A stretch of DNA of 64,000 nt from Epiperipatus broadwayi (lineage: Eukaryota > Animalia > Onychophora). The stretch covers positions 14,942,001-15,006,000 of the forward strand of contig JAQFVV010000003.1 of NCBI GenBank assembly GCA_028023455.1. The letters run 5' to 3'. Shown one piece after another: positions 24,201 to 36,792 of the stretch. The position numbers were made by a program, and so were the translations under genes. The notes under the pieces are model-generated. The model was given only the letters and a program-made list of their open reading frames with translations, was not told where the DNA came from and ran no database searches. Position 1 is the stretch's first letter, and each line of letters opens with the position of its first letter.

Positions 24201-25160
24201 GGATGTTAGATAAACACCTTTCTGTTTCCAAATCTCACAAATAATTCATGTATGAACAGTGGAATGTTTCTTTCAGGGAAGTAATTTTGTTTAGTTGTCT
24301 AGCATCCAAACAAAATCTCATTGACCTATCTTTCTTCTTCACAATTACAACTGGATTACAGTAAAATGAAGAGTATCTGAAAATAATCCCCCAATCCCAT
24401 CTTTTATCAATCTGTTTGAATATTTCTTCACAATACTGTTTGAATATTTCTTCACAATACTGGTATGGAATAGGGTATGGTTTGGATTGAAATAGTTGAT
24501 CATGCTTTAATCTAATTCTTTGTTGAAATCCATCTATCACTCTTGGTATCTCCAAAAAAATTGGGCTAAATTTATTAATAACAGATTGCAATTTCTATGT
24601 ATCATCATTTTCAAGCAAGTTAAACTCTGCAAGATTATTATCTATAAGTGCTTCTGGGATATTGGATATAATACAATCAACCTCAGGTAGATCATATCTC
24701 AGAAGCAATGCCATCTCCAAGACTTTATCACCTATTTTAACTGTCTTGTCAGAGAAATCAATAATTCAGATATTCAAGTATAGGAAGTCTGCCTCTAGAA
24801 TGGCATCATGGATTAGGCCATTCAGTATTAAAACACATGATAGAGGATTGTTTGGCCTACTTTGATCTCATCCCAGAATTGCTTCTGTGGTATTTTAGCT
24901 TTCTTGCTGTTAGTCATGGTAACCTGAATGGATTTCAGTGATAAGGTTGTCATGTTAGGATTTTGATCACAATCTCTCAGTAGAATTTGTCTAACACAAC
25001 TGAAGACTGTCTACCAGATTCTAATATTGCTTTAACCAGCATGCCCTCAAACAAAACCTCTATCATGGGGCAGCTTTGCAAAGTGATGTTGGATGCTTTC
25101 TTCTCCCGTGAACATATCATATTAGTGATTTCTTGATCAGGGATTTTGATTCATGATCAA
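21263..25160 (-). mobile_element. Decayed Ty3/Gypsy LTR retrotransposon (PR-RT-RH-IN, polypurine tract, start of 3' LTR; no gag or 5' LTR seen)
   Basis: Protease-like VKAILESG (~25030-25050); RT NPVVIVKKKDRSMRFCLDARQLN (24235-24591) and HMDD (23934-24116); RNase H LAFPNFNKPFIVQTDSS (23408-23638); integrase (22463-22807). PPT AAGAATAGGGGAA followed by TGTA at ~21494 on the minus strand. Many stops and frameshifts. Confidence 0.9.
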
Positions 25161-25185
25161 AGCAATATATGTAATTATATAATTG

Positions 25186-25696
25186 AATATTTATAAATAC
25201 ATTAATCAGATGTATTTTAAAAATTTTATCCACTTAGTAGTGCTTTTGGCTATTCTTGTAGTCTTTGTCAACTAACACTTTGAAAGGCTAACCTTCCCAC
25301 AATTTTGTGATCTTAATGTTTGTTGCCTGCCTGTCAATTAATTCATGTTTGTATTTGCATATTAGCATAGTTTATTTTATTTTATTTTTTGTTATTTTTT
25401 TCAATTTGCAATATTTTAACATTGTTGTATTTATGGTTTTAATTTCAATTACAACAATGTTAAAATATTGCAAATTGAAAAAAAATAACAGCAAAAGAAA
25501 AATAAAAAAATCTATGCTAATATATAAATACAAACATGACTTAATTAATAGGCAGACAGCAAATGTTAAGATCACCGAATTGTGGGAAGATTAGCCTTTC
25601 AGGTGCTATTTGCAAAAACTACAAGGATAGTCAAAAGTGCTATGAAGAGGATAAAAAATTTAAAATATATCTGATTACTGTATGTGTATATATATT
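25186..25696. repeat. Fold-back palindrome, ~245-bp arms with ~20-nt loop
   Basis: 25186-25429 is the reverse complement of 25450-25696; this produces mirror-image ORFs on both strands. Confidence 0.9.
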
Positions 25697-26339
25697 GTAC
25701 CCTCACTAACTAGAAATATAATAATAGGAAAAATAAGACTAGCTCAGTTAAATGATTATGCTTGGCTAAAATACATATAATCAATAATACAGATATCTTA
25801 TGATACTATCTACTATTTAACTGATTAATAAATAATAAATGGTTCGTTTTAATAAAAAAATTCAATGAATAAAATATTAATAAATCATGAGACAATGAAG
25901 TGAAGTAGAATCAGTAAAGAATTACATTGAGCCAATATCCCACAGGATAACACCTCAATGGCATAAGAATACTATCCCCCCTATTATTTCAAATAATAAT
26001 AAATTTATAGCATTCTTATGACTTTAAAATAATAATCAATTTAATATAATGCTAATAAATAAATCCTAATCTCTATTGAAATAAACAACATAGCTTTCTC
26101 AGGTTTTTTAAAATAATTCTAATCAACTTATAATCTTCTGTAACCAAGTATGATATGAGATTTTGTATCATCCTCAACTACACCTAACTAATAATAATAA
26201 CAATAATAAAAAATAATAATAATCTTCGATAAATAATTATCAATCTTACCTACTGTTCAATGTTATGGTAACTATTAATAGTAATAATAACAATAAATGA
26301 TATAATCTTTTCGTTCTCATGTGGCATCTTAAATAAAAT

Positions 26340-26928
26340 GTGTGGTAAAATCTGATAATCTGAGAATATGTGGCAACAAATAATGTTATAATTCTATGCA
26401 ATAAATTATATAATTAATTATGACAATAACAATAATGTAAAATGAAATTTCTCAAATATATTATATTCTGAAGCATTGTGATTTCTGAAGTAAATAATTA
26501 TATTTGTACTGTGCAAATATTATGTGGTTTTTTTGGTATCTGGTGATCATGTATTTGTAATGGTAAATAACCAACACTACACAAAGTTTTATAAAACAAG
26601 TTTAACAAAATTTATTATAGACTTTTAACAAAGTGTGGTAAAATCTGATAATCTGAGAATATGTGGCAACAAATAACGTTATAATTCTATGCAATAAATT
26701 ATATAATTAATTATGACAATAACAATAATGTAAAATGAAATTTCTCAAATATATTATATTCTGAAGCATTGTGATTTCTGAAGTAAATAATTATATTTGT
26801 ACTGTGCAAATATTATGTGTTTTTTTTTTGGTATCTGGTGATCATGTATTTGTAATGGTAAATAACCAACACTACACAAAGTTTTATAAAACAAGTTTAA
26901 CAAAATTTATTATAGACTTTTAACAAAA
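26340..26928. repeat. Recent ~295-bp tandem duplication (2 copies)
   Basis: GTGTGGTAAAATCTGATAATCTGAG starts at 26340 and 26633; the copies are nearly identical. Confidence 0.95.
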
Positions 26929-28173
26929 TTTATATACAATATTTACAGTTGTATTTTAGATAAATTACATACTTCCTCATTAAAAAATGAAATAAAATCA
27001 ACAAGTAAATAAGCCTTTACTCCGACTTATAAACTTTTGCACATTTATTTAAAATAATAATAATAATACTAATTACGAATACACTTGTAGTTGAATATAA
27101 TATCTATCAGTTGACATATTTTAAATATATGCTTTTCGTAAACATACACGAAAATATGAAATATAAACTACTGAAGTAACATTTATTTTTTAAAAATATG
27201 TTCATAGATTTTATAATAACTTAATCAAACTTCTACTATGATAGTGCTGATGTTATTTAAAATATTCATCTTGGTTTCGTTAAATAAATAAATTGACTTG
27301 AATAAAATAATATGATTGACATACTTTTATATACCTTGATTGGCACTACTCTCATAAAAATCCCTATGTGTGTATGCTTAGGTGTGTTTTAAAAACGTAA
27401 AATAATATTTACAAAATATAAGTACTCATTCTATTTTATGTTGTTTCTTCTGGATATTCTATTCTTTAAAAATATGCATTACAATGAATAATCAAAATAT
27501 CCAAAATTACTCAAAAATCTCGCAAATAATTTATTATTTTTTAAAATAGTTTAATAAAATACAGAAATATTTATGATTCTTTATTATTGTAGTTTGATTT
27601 ACTTTCAATCTCATTTGTATTTGACTTCAACATAAACCAAAGCAAGAAAAACCTATCTCATCTTCTTTCAAAATAACGATTCTACAATTCTAAAATTATT
27701 CATTATTTTCCTTCATAAATACAATTCTGTATGATGCAACAACTTTTGAAATTAAGATAGTGATACAATGCATAGGCATGAAGAACTAGCTAGAGTATAG
27801 ACTCAATGGTATAAAATATATGGATAATCTACATGGCAACAGTGCATATGAAAAGGCATGACTTCTCTGTCTAATGACCTCCACTATAAAAATTATGTCC
27901 AGGCTATTTATTCAGCTCCTTCAAACATTAAAATACTTAATATCATGAAGCACACTGTCTATGGAAAATACAGACAAGACACAGGGCTACGTTATCTGTA
28001 CTTGCATAAACTACTAAGATAATAATATACATTACTTTCTATTCCCCATAAATCCTACATACAAGCATCCCATGGGTTTTTTTCATAATCCCAAGGTAAC
28101 TATCACTTTAAAATTTCATAATAGATTTATCAATCTACATCACAAAATATCTAACATTACTCTAAACAATAAA

Positions 28174-28640
28174 TGTATGTAAATAAATCATTTTTTATAG
28201 CACGATGTTTGTAAACTGTAATATTTAAGACAGCATTACACTGTTGCACATGCACTTTGAAGATTTTAACTATGAATGAATACTAACACTCAACCACATG
28301 ATAAAGTCTTTGGAAAAGATAGAATGGCATTCTATCTTTTCGAACCCAAACGCTTTTGTATGGGTGAATCTTAAGTGTTTAAAAGAATGACGTATCGTAA
28401 ATTCTAGTAAATTTCATTAGCGTCTTTCATTCAAGCATGTAATAGTAATTTAAAGTGATTATTTAATATATTCACACTTTCACTTTCAAACACTTAAGAT
28501 TCGCCCATACGAAAGTGTTTGGGTTCGAAAAGATAGATGGCCATTCTATCTTTTCCAAAGACTTTATCATGTGGTTGAGTGTTAGTATTCATTCATAGTT
28601 AAAATCTTCAAAGTGCATGTGCAACAGCTGTAATGCTGTG
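28174..28640. mobile_element. Fold-back element with unequal inverted arms and a 13-bp flanking direct repeat
   Basis: About 28230-28385 is inverted at 28483-28640; the left arm extends about 50 bp further out. TCTAAACAATAAA at 28161-28173 and 28641-28653. A solo arm occurs at ~39810-39930. Confidence 0.85.
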
Positions 28641-31588
28641 TCTAAACAATAAACAAAATTCACGTATAACTTCAACAATCTAAAACTACTATAACAAGAA
28701 AAGGTTCATTCACTTTCAAAATTCAGCAAATAAAACACAAATGATTTTGTATTCAGATATTAAAATCAATATTTTAAAACATTTTAAAAATAGGGTTCCT
28801 CCACTAAAGAGTCATATAAAAATTATATGTATCAGTAAATTATATTACATTAGTAATATAAAAGAAAAGTATGCATATCTTTTTTTAAAAATCCCAGTTC
28901 ATATCTTTAGAATAGCAATAAAGTTTAATGTGTAATTAATGCATGCACACATATTCATACATTTATATGATAAGGTAATACTATAAAATTTTCCAAGCAA
29001 TTTCTAAAAATAATAAAATATACATCACGTAAAATTAATACATTTTACAAATTTACCTAGTGACAATTTTGCTGGTTGATCACTCTTAGATGTTTTTTGG
29101 TCCAATATTTTATATAACAAATATATTAAATAATAATAATATTCATTCATTACTATCATACTTAGAAAAATGTTTATAAAAATGTTATAAAAAATTAAAA
29201 TATTCATTACAATATTAATTATGTTAGTTTACTAAATATTTCAATGTAATTTTTCTACCTCCACTAAATACAAAACTTAATACTATAATTAGTAAACAAA
29301 ATGATAAATAAAACTATATTTATGAAAAACTCCAACCCGCCATAAAGTTCAAATAAAAAAAGTTCTTTTCTTCCTCCTAATATTTTTTCATTAGAAGTCC
29401 TTTATAAAGCTTACTTCCTGATGTTCATTGTTAAGACAAACAATGTCCAACACTTGAGAACAAAACACAGAGCTCTCTTTCCCTCTGTGTGCATAAACTC
29501 ATAAATGGTAAAAAAATAAAATAAATTCGACTTTTAAATCTGAAGTTATTTAGAAAAATAATCATTAATTCTTTTATGAAATTCTATAAATCACAGTCCT
29601 TTATCTGTATGGCTTTCCAGGAATAATAATTATTAAATTGACATCACTTGGGAAAGTTTTAAAATAATCTCTGGAGTTTTCTCATTCACTAGGATCCTAC
29701 ATAGGTCTTCAATGCATCAGTGTCAGCGATATGAATTCATACATATTTGTTCAGAAAATATGCATTTTATATTCTGTTTAACAATATCATTTTATCGTAA
29801 ATTAAATAGTTATTATAAAGTTATTTCAGTGAGGATAATATTATTTTTAATTACCCAATTATTTTCTTTTTGATGAATAATTCTAAAAATCACTTTTTTA
29901 GAATATTAAAATGATTTACGGTCTCTTTTTTTTAATGATGATTTGTCCTATAAAAATATATTCGCAATACCATCAGTTTTTATATCTTTATCACCACTTC
30001 AAGATAAGTTTATGATAAGCTTTTATAACAATATCTCTTTTAAAATATTTATTGCAATTTTTTTAAAGGATATATTTTTAAAATATTAAAGATTAAAGTT
30101 TTAACCATATAGCTTTGAAGAATATTTCTGTTTAAACTTCCCTGCTGATGTCCAAAATATTAAAAATAATGTTATAACTTTTCTCATAATATTTTTAAAA
30201 TTGTACATTCTTTTGGTATCAGTACTTCCATTCTTAATTCTCTTGAATACATACTTGTTTCTGGTATTAAATCCCTAGCTACTGTGAAGCTGGCTCAAGC
30301 TTTAATAGAATAATTGGTAGGGAATTTTAGAAATGTAACAATGCTTAGTTTTAGCTTAGTAAATTGATAATCCTTTCTATCCTCTCTTTTAAGACAATAA
30401 TTTTAAATAGTAAAACTTCTATGTTAATAATAAGTTATTAAGAGAGTTATTTAGTTATTAAGCACCCCCTTAAGTTATTAAAAGCACCCAGAAAAATGAA
30501 AACATCTACTTTTATAGTAAATTGAACTGATGATTTAATTAGCTATTAGATCTTTAACTGGTGATCTAATTTACATATTAGTACTATCTTATGTAATTAG
30601 AAATTTAAAAATAAAAATCATGGCTCATTTTTAAAATATTAGATATTATATTATTTAATTCTGAATTAATTTTATTCTTTTATTTAAACAAGCTAAACAC
30701 TTTAAAATAACATTTTAAAAATAATACTTTAGTAATTTATCCAATATTTATTTTTAATGTATCTATTTGTAAAAATCTAACTTTATTAACTACACACTCT
30801 TAAAACTACCAAATTAAAAATTGTTATAACATTTAGGTTTTATATTATGATATAACAAATGTTTCAATTTTTTAAAGCAATTCTAAAGCAATTTTGAAAC
30901 TATCTTTGGAAAACTTGTAAGCACAAAAATATGAATATTTGTGTCACCTGACTTTTAAAAAAAAACAGACAGTGTGTAACAATTTTTTAATTGCTGTCTG
31001 ATAACAGAAATAAATTTCTAATTATAAAAAATATTATATTAAAAAAGAGTAATGTAATAATAGAATTTGGAATAATAGTTTTGATACTATTTAAGCTGTA
31101 ACAAATTAAACACATTTGTCTATTGCAAAATATTATATTTTAAATACATAATTTATAACACAAATATTAAATATAATTTTTATTTAAAATACATTAGTTT
31201 ATTTAATTTTAAGTCCTTATTTTAAAATTAACTTTTAGCTCTTAGTTTAATAAGACTTTTAATATATTATTTTACTATGGCCAGTTTTCTCAATCATACA
31301 AAAATCATAATAGTTAGCTTAATTTATTACTTTAACATATTAATAGTTTTTATGTATTTACTACTCTCATGTTACTTTAACAAAGCATTTAAAAACATTA
31401 CCAACATTATCCAGTAGTTATACCATTCCAAACATATCCATAATTTAAATTTCTTTAAAAAATTGACTCAGAGAACCTATATGGACCTAGTAGAAAGGGC
31501 ACAATATATAATTCTAATATTCTCATTGATAAATGATGAACTTATAATAATATTTCTGGGTCCATGTAATAAAAATATAACAGCTAAA

Positions 31589-31629
31589 TAGCTAATGTTT
31601 CAATACAATGACAAGTACTTTCCTCAGAG
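31589..31629 (-). ncRNA. Minimal (PLE-type) hammerhead relic, family D
   Basis: Minus strand CT CTGAGGA A AGTAC-TTGTCATT-GTATT GAAAC ATT AG; GAAACATT is GAAACGTT after CpG decay. Confidence 0.65.
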
Positions 31630-31641
31630 TTTTTTTCCCCC

Positions 31642-31682
31642 GTCTGACAAAAGTTCTTGTCATTGTATTGAAACATCAGCTA
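31642..31682 (+). ncRNA. Minimal (PLE-type) hammerhead relic, family D
   Basis: GT CTGACAA AAGTTC-TTGTCATT-GTATT GAAAC ATC AG; mirror copy, more decayed. Confidence 0.5.
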
Positions 31683-34239
31683 TAGATAATATATTTTTAT
31701 TACATGGAAGCTCCTGAAAATAATACTGTAAATTCATATGCATATATATCCATCAAATTTTAAAAAAGTTCCAGCTAAAAATTGTTATATAAAAGCTGAG
31801 AGTACTTTGTGATTTTATAAAGGTTATTATGAATATTTATTATTACCATTAATATTTTATTGTAAGCTAAAACTTTTTATTTTATTCTAAAAAAATATTT
31901 TTATGTACTAACCATCCACATATCACCCAAAACACATCCATTGAATTTATTCTGAACCTTTTACAAAACAGCTTTTGACACACACAATTAATTATCTATT
32001 ATTAAGTTCTTAAATTACATAATTAATAATTATAAAAAAATTTCTGTGCACTTTGGCAGAGGAATAAGGTGATGAATTAAAATTCAGTCTGTTATTTCAA
32101 ACACAAATATCATCTGATCTCCAAAGTAACTAAATTTTAGACATATATAATAATTTTTCTTAGAACCATATGACTTTTTGGCTTCTTATTAAAAGAAAGA
32201 TAATTAATGAAAGCCTGTTGCACTCTTTGCTATCCATATATTTCACTCAGAATTTGAATTTTTGATTTGAAAGTAAAAAGCTTGATGTCACAATTGTTTT
32301 CTAAAATAATTTATAGAATATAGCAACTTATTTATAAATTTAAATTTTCTTTTTATTGGGAAAGTTCTGGGATCAAAATATACATAATATTGCTTGTGTA
32401 CATATTATTATCATCTTTGTTTTTTTAATGTAAATCCAATTTACTATTGTTTTGTAGTTATTATATTTACAACAAAACAACACATGACTTTCTTTTCTTA
32501 GATGCAGTAAATCACTCAATTTACTCTATTTCAGATCCATATATTGTAAGCTTAATTTATAAATGATAATATATAATAGTGCTATTACATTCACATTTCT
32601 AGATTTATTTCTGATTTATTATCTACTTTAGTGAAGAGGTCCAAACATAAGGCACTCTTACATCCAGTAAATATTTGTAACCTTTTTGTATTATCAATCT
32701 AATAGTCTGAAATTCTAAAGCACTCAAAGATTTTATATAATTATGTAAATATGATCCTTCACTTTACATTAACTGAAAGCACACTTTAGGCTAGGATATA
32801 TATACTAATTAAACAATTATATTTAATAAGCTTTCATAAATCTGTGAGGTAATTTTTCACAATATACTGCAATTATAGAAGTGTTACAAAGCAAATTCAT
32901 TACTTAGACATTACAACACATGTTCTTTATACATGCTTCTTTATTTTTGGTTAACTTTATAAGTGGTTTGAAATCAAAAAATCTAGTATTCGAAAGCTTA
33001 TTTACTTAACGATTGGTAAACCTTGAAAGAAATAATTTTTTTCTTAAATTGTAAGATTTCTGTTTTGTAATAGAATGATAGAAATATATATATAGGTAAA
33101 TTATATTCTATGAAATTCTTTAGATTTTTAATAAATAAAAATATGCAAGTTAATATAATTTATATAAACCATTTTTTTTAATTTTGTTAAATATTATTTT
33201 TGATGAAAACCCCGACATTTCAAAACTCTCAGGGCTCAAAATTATTTGTTTAAGGTTAATGCAGTCTTTTCCCAATCTCTTGGCATTTTAAAATATTGAT
33301 GTTTTTGCTGTGTAGAACTCTTGAATTCTTCTACTTAATCTTTATTTAGCTATGCTATTAACTAAAAATAACTTGACAGCTGTAAGCTTTATAATTTTTC
33401 CAAAGAAGATTACATTTTTTTTTGTGAAAAAAAAACTCCTTGAAGACTTGAAAATTAATAATAATGAAAATGAAACTATGTTTGATACAGTCTACATATA
33501 AATTAATTGAAATTATAAGAAAAAAAAAATCAATTGCAGAATGTTTTCCTTTTTTAAACAACACATTTATAAATAAAGTAAAAATTGCCTTTAAATAGGC
33601 AATATTTTGTCATCACATTTTTTCAGTTGTATAAATGTGCGTGTTCAATACATTCAATTTTGTTTGCAACTTAGTATCTTCTCTTTTACAAATATTAGTA
33701 TAGCTTGCAGCCATGTCTTTACTCTAGATAATTAATTTCTTTAGTATTACAAAGAATGACTGATATTACTTCTAAAATAAATTAATCTTTTTTAACTTTA
33801 GTTTTGCCAGTTTTCCTTTAATCTACACACGAGTTTTCTAAAATAACTAATTTTGTTTGTCATTGTTTGTAATTCATATTTCCTCATTTAACACCTTTAA
33901 TATTGATTTCAGTGTTTATTCATCTTCTTTAAATTTTATTTTTATGCTGCTTTTAAATAACTATAATATAATCACATAATTAAATTCTCTTTATCTTACT
34001 TTAAGGCTATCTAATGAAACCTGAGTAATCAATGAATACCAGATACTAATTATAATATTCACATCTTTACCGAGAATCAATTCAAAAATGAAATTCCAAG
34101 TTTTTCCATCAAAGTTCAAATGCCAAAAACTGGTTTGAAAAATATATACATTATAACATTATACTATCTGGTGTTTATTGATTACTCTGGCATCAAGTAG
34201 CTGGCTGTAGAGTAAAGAGATGTTCTTAAAAGAATATAA

Positions 34240-34450
34240 AAAAAATGTTCACTAAAAGAACACTATAAGATATTGTTGATAGTATCATGATTAAGATGTG
34301 ATCAATACTATCAAAGGTCTTTGAAATCTCAATTTTTCATGAATTTTTATCTGAATGTACCTGTGATGAAACAGAATAACAACATCAATGTATTTCTAAC
34401 TTCTTTCAAATGATGCTGTCAGTCTTTAATCTTTCATATTTAGCTGTTTT
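34240..34450 (-). pseudogene. Decayed LINE RT fragment
   Basis: Minus strand GATTTCAAAGACCTTTGATAGTATTGATCAC resembles D.xKAFDSIDH. Confidence 0.4.
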
Positions 34451-34959
34451 TAAAGATGTTAACTAAATTGATTGTTTTTGGAATTAACTGCCATTTTTGT
34501 ATTCTATCTCATTTCCTTTTTTGTAGCTTTACATTAATAATAAATATGTCTATATTTATAGATACTATACTTTTTCTATCTTGTATTTCACAATAACTAA
34601 ATTTGAAAGTAAACCATCTCCACTATATCTGATTATTTTTCCAGCTATTCCATAATTTCTGTGAATATGAACTTTACATTTGCAAGATAGTGCTCCAATT
34701 TAAATTTTTTTTTATATTAATTTTCTTAATTTTTTTATTATTATTATTAGTTTGCTTTACAAAACTCAAAAGAGTATTCTGAAGTTCATTTTAAAAGTTT
34801 AATTTTTGCTATAGAGCATTTTCCTTCTATTATGACTACATTTTCTGATAGTTTTTTTTTTTATCTTTCTCCAAATCTTGTGTTTATTGTTTTTGATTAA
34901 TTTTTTTTTTAAAAAAATCTGACTGCATTTTGCTTCCATTGGTAAGTTATGATTGTCTT

Positions 34960-36065
34960 TTGTGCTTTTCAGTATTTACTTTTTGTATGACTTCATCCAA
35001 ATATTGAGGGAAGTTATAAAAAGTAGCAATGAACAAAAATACATTATTCTTTGGATTTGTAGATTATGTAGTGATTAAAGCATTGGATCATCAAGATATA
35101 GATTATGATATTATCTTATATTGAAGAATATTTATCAAATTGCAACAGCAATGATTAGATTACATGCTGACAGTAAGAAGATTAATAATGAGAAAGCTGA
35201 ACAGAGTGATTCGATATTTCCAATACTTTTTACAGACATTTTAGAAGTTTTTGTGGATAAATAATGAGAAACTAAAAAAGTAAAAGTTAATGGAGAGTAT
35301 TTAAATCATCTAGATTTTTATAGATGCTATGGCTATTTTATAAATAATTCTTCAAAACTTCAGGAAATATGACAAGAATTATCTAATAAAAATAGAGCTA
35401 AAAATAAAATACTAAGACTAAAGTAATGCTCAATGAGGTGAAAAAGTAAAGATTGTAAATAATCAATTACAAGAAATTAACAGTGTCAAATACCTTGATT
35501 AGATTATTAATACAGATGGAAACATAATAAATTAAATTAATCATAGAATTAAAATTGAATGGGGTGCTTTTGGTAAATATAACTTAATATTAAAACAAAA
35601 TATGTTTATGTGTTTGAAAAGAAAAGTTTTAATATATCTTACTAGTGCTTACTAGTGAATCTGAGACTTAGACATTTAATAGAGAGAAATACAGAGATTT
35701 TATTTTATTCAATGAAGATTGTTGAGATATATGTTAGAAGAAACAAGAAAGGATTGAAAACAAAACACATGGATAAGAAAAGAAAGATATTACTATCATC
35801 ATTGAAAGAATTAAGAAACTGAAATGGAGCTAAACTGGACATATTTCTAGAAAAAAGATTATTGATGGAGAGTTGAAGTCTTAAACTGAATTCCAAGAGA
35901 TAGCAAAACACTTAGAAAAATGTTCATATATGAGATGAATGGATGAAATAAGAAAGTTTGCTAATGTGATGTGGAAAAGAAAAAATAGAAATCAGAAAAA
36001 CGGGATTAAATTTGCAGATTTTCATCCTGCAGTGATTCAGTAATGGCTAAAACTGATGTTGATGA
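34960..36065 (+). mobile_element. Decayed RTE-clade LINE, 3' part
   Basis: DFIQILREVI...FGFVDY and downstream segments align with the better copy at 36793-38066; ends TTCATCCTGCAGTG...TGATGTTGATGA. Confidence 0.75.
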
Positions 36066-36792
36066 CTTTTGTTTGTAATAATAGTGGTTTAATCCAAAAA
36101 CATAGATCATTGACTATTGAATCTATTCATGTTTGTGATCTTTTTTTTTATAAGTTGCCTAACATTTTCCTCATATATGTTACATGACCAAGTTCAGAGT
36201 CTAACATTGTACCAGTGCACTAAACTATGCAGGCCATTTTGGATAATGACTTTTATTTAACAACCTTCATCTTAATATTTGCAATTATTAAATTATAATA
36301 CAAAATTTATGTCTGTTGTTTACAAAGTAATATTGACTATTTTTTAATTATTATCATATCTATATATTTATATTTTTTAATTACCTTATATATATATATA
36401 TATATGTTTATTTTTTTAATGAAATCATATGTTGAAAAACACATCCTTACATATTAAAGCCAATTTTATAAGATTTTCATCATATTCTTTGTTTTTGTTT
36501 TCAGCAAAAACTATATTTGTCTGTGGCTTATTTCCATCTTTCATTATCATTATTTCCAATGTTAATGAGGTATTTACAGAATAAAACTCCAGTAAATCAT
36601 GATATATGCAGTCAGTAGAAATTTTATATATTTATGTATAAGGATCATGCTTATTTTTTCACTTTTTTTAAAATCAGATAATGAATATATTAGATTGAAT
36701 TATGAGATTGTTTGCCATTGCTATTGTGAGCATTTTTATTAAATTCATTTCTTTTTAATAATAATTTATTTTGGTATTAAATCTATATACAA

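Larger units (their letters stand above)
31536..31737. mobile_element. Small fold-back (family D) made of two PLE-type minimal HHR termini, head-to-head
   Basis: Arms 31536-31629 and 31642-31737 are reverse complements, separated by a 12-nt spacer. Confidence 0.8.

Noticed and set aside
25307-25594. Two mutually similar ORFs on opposite strands
   Set aside because: Artefact of the palindrome; low-complexity I/F/K composition.
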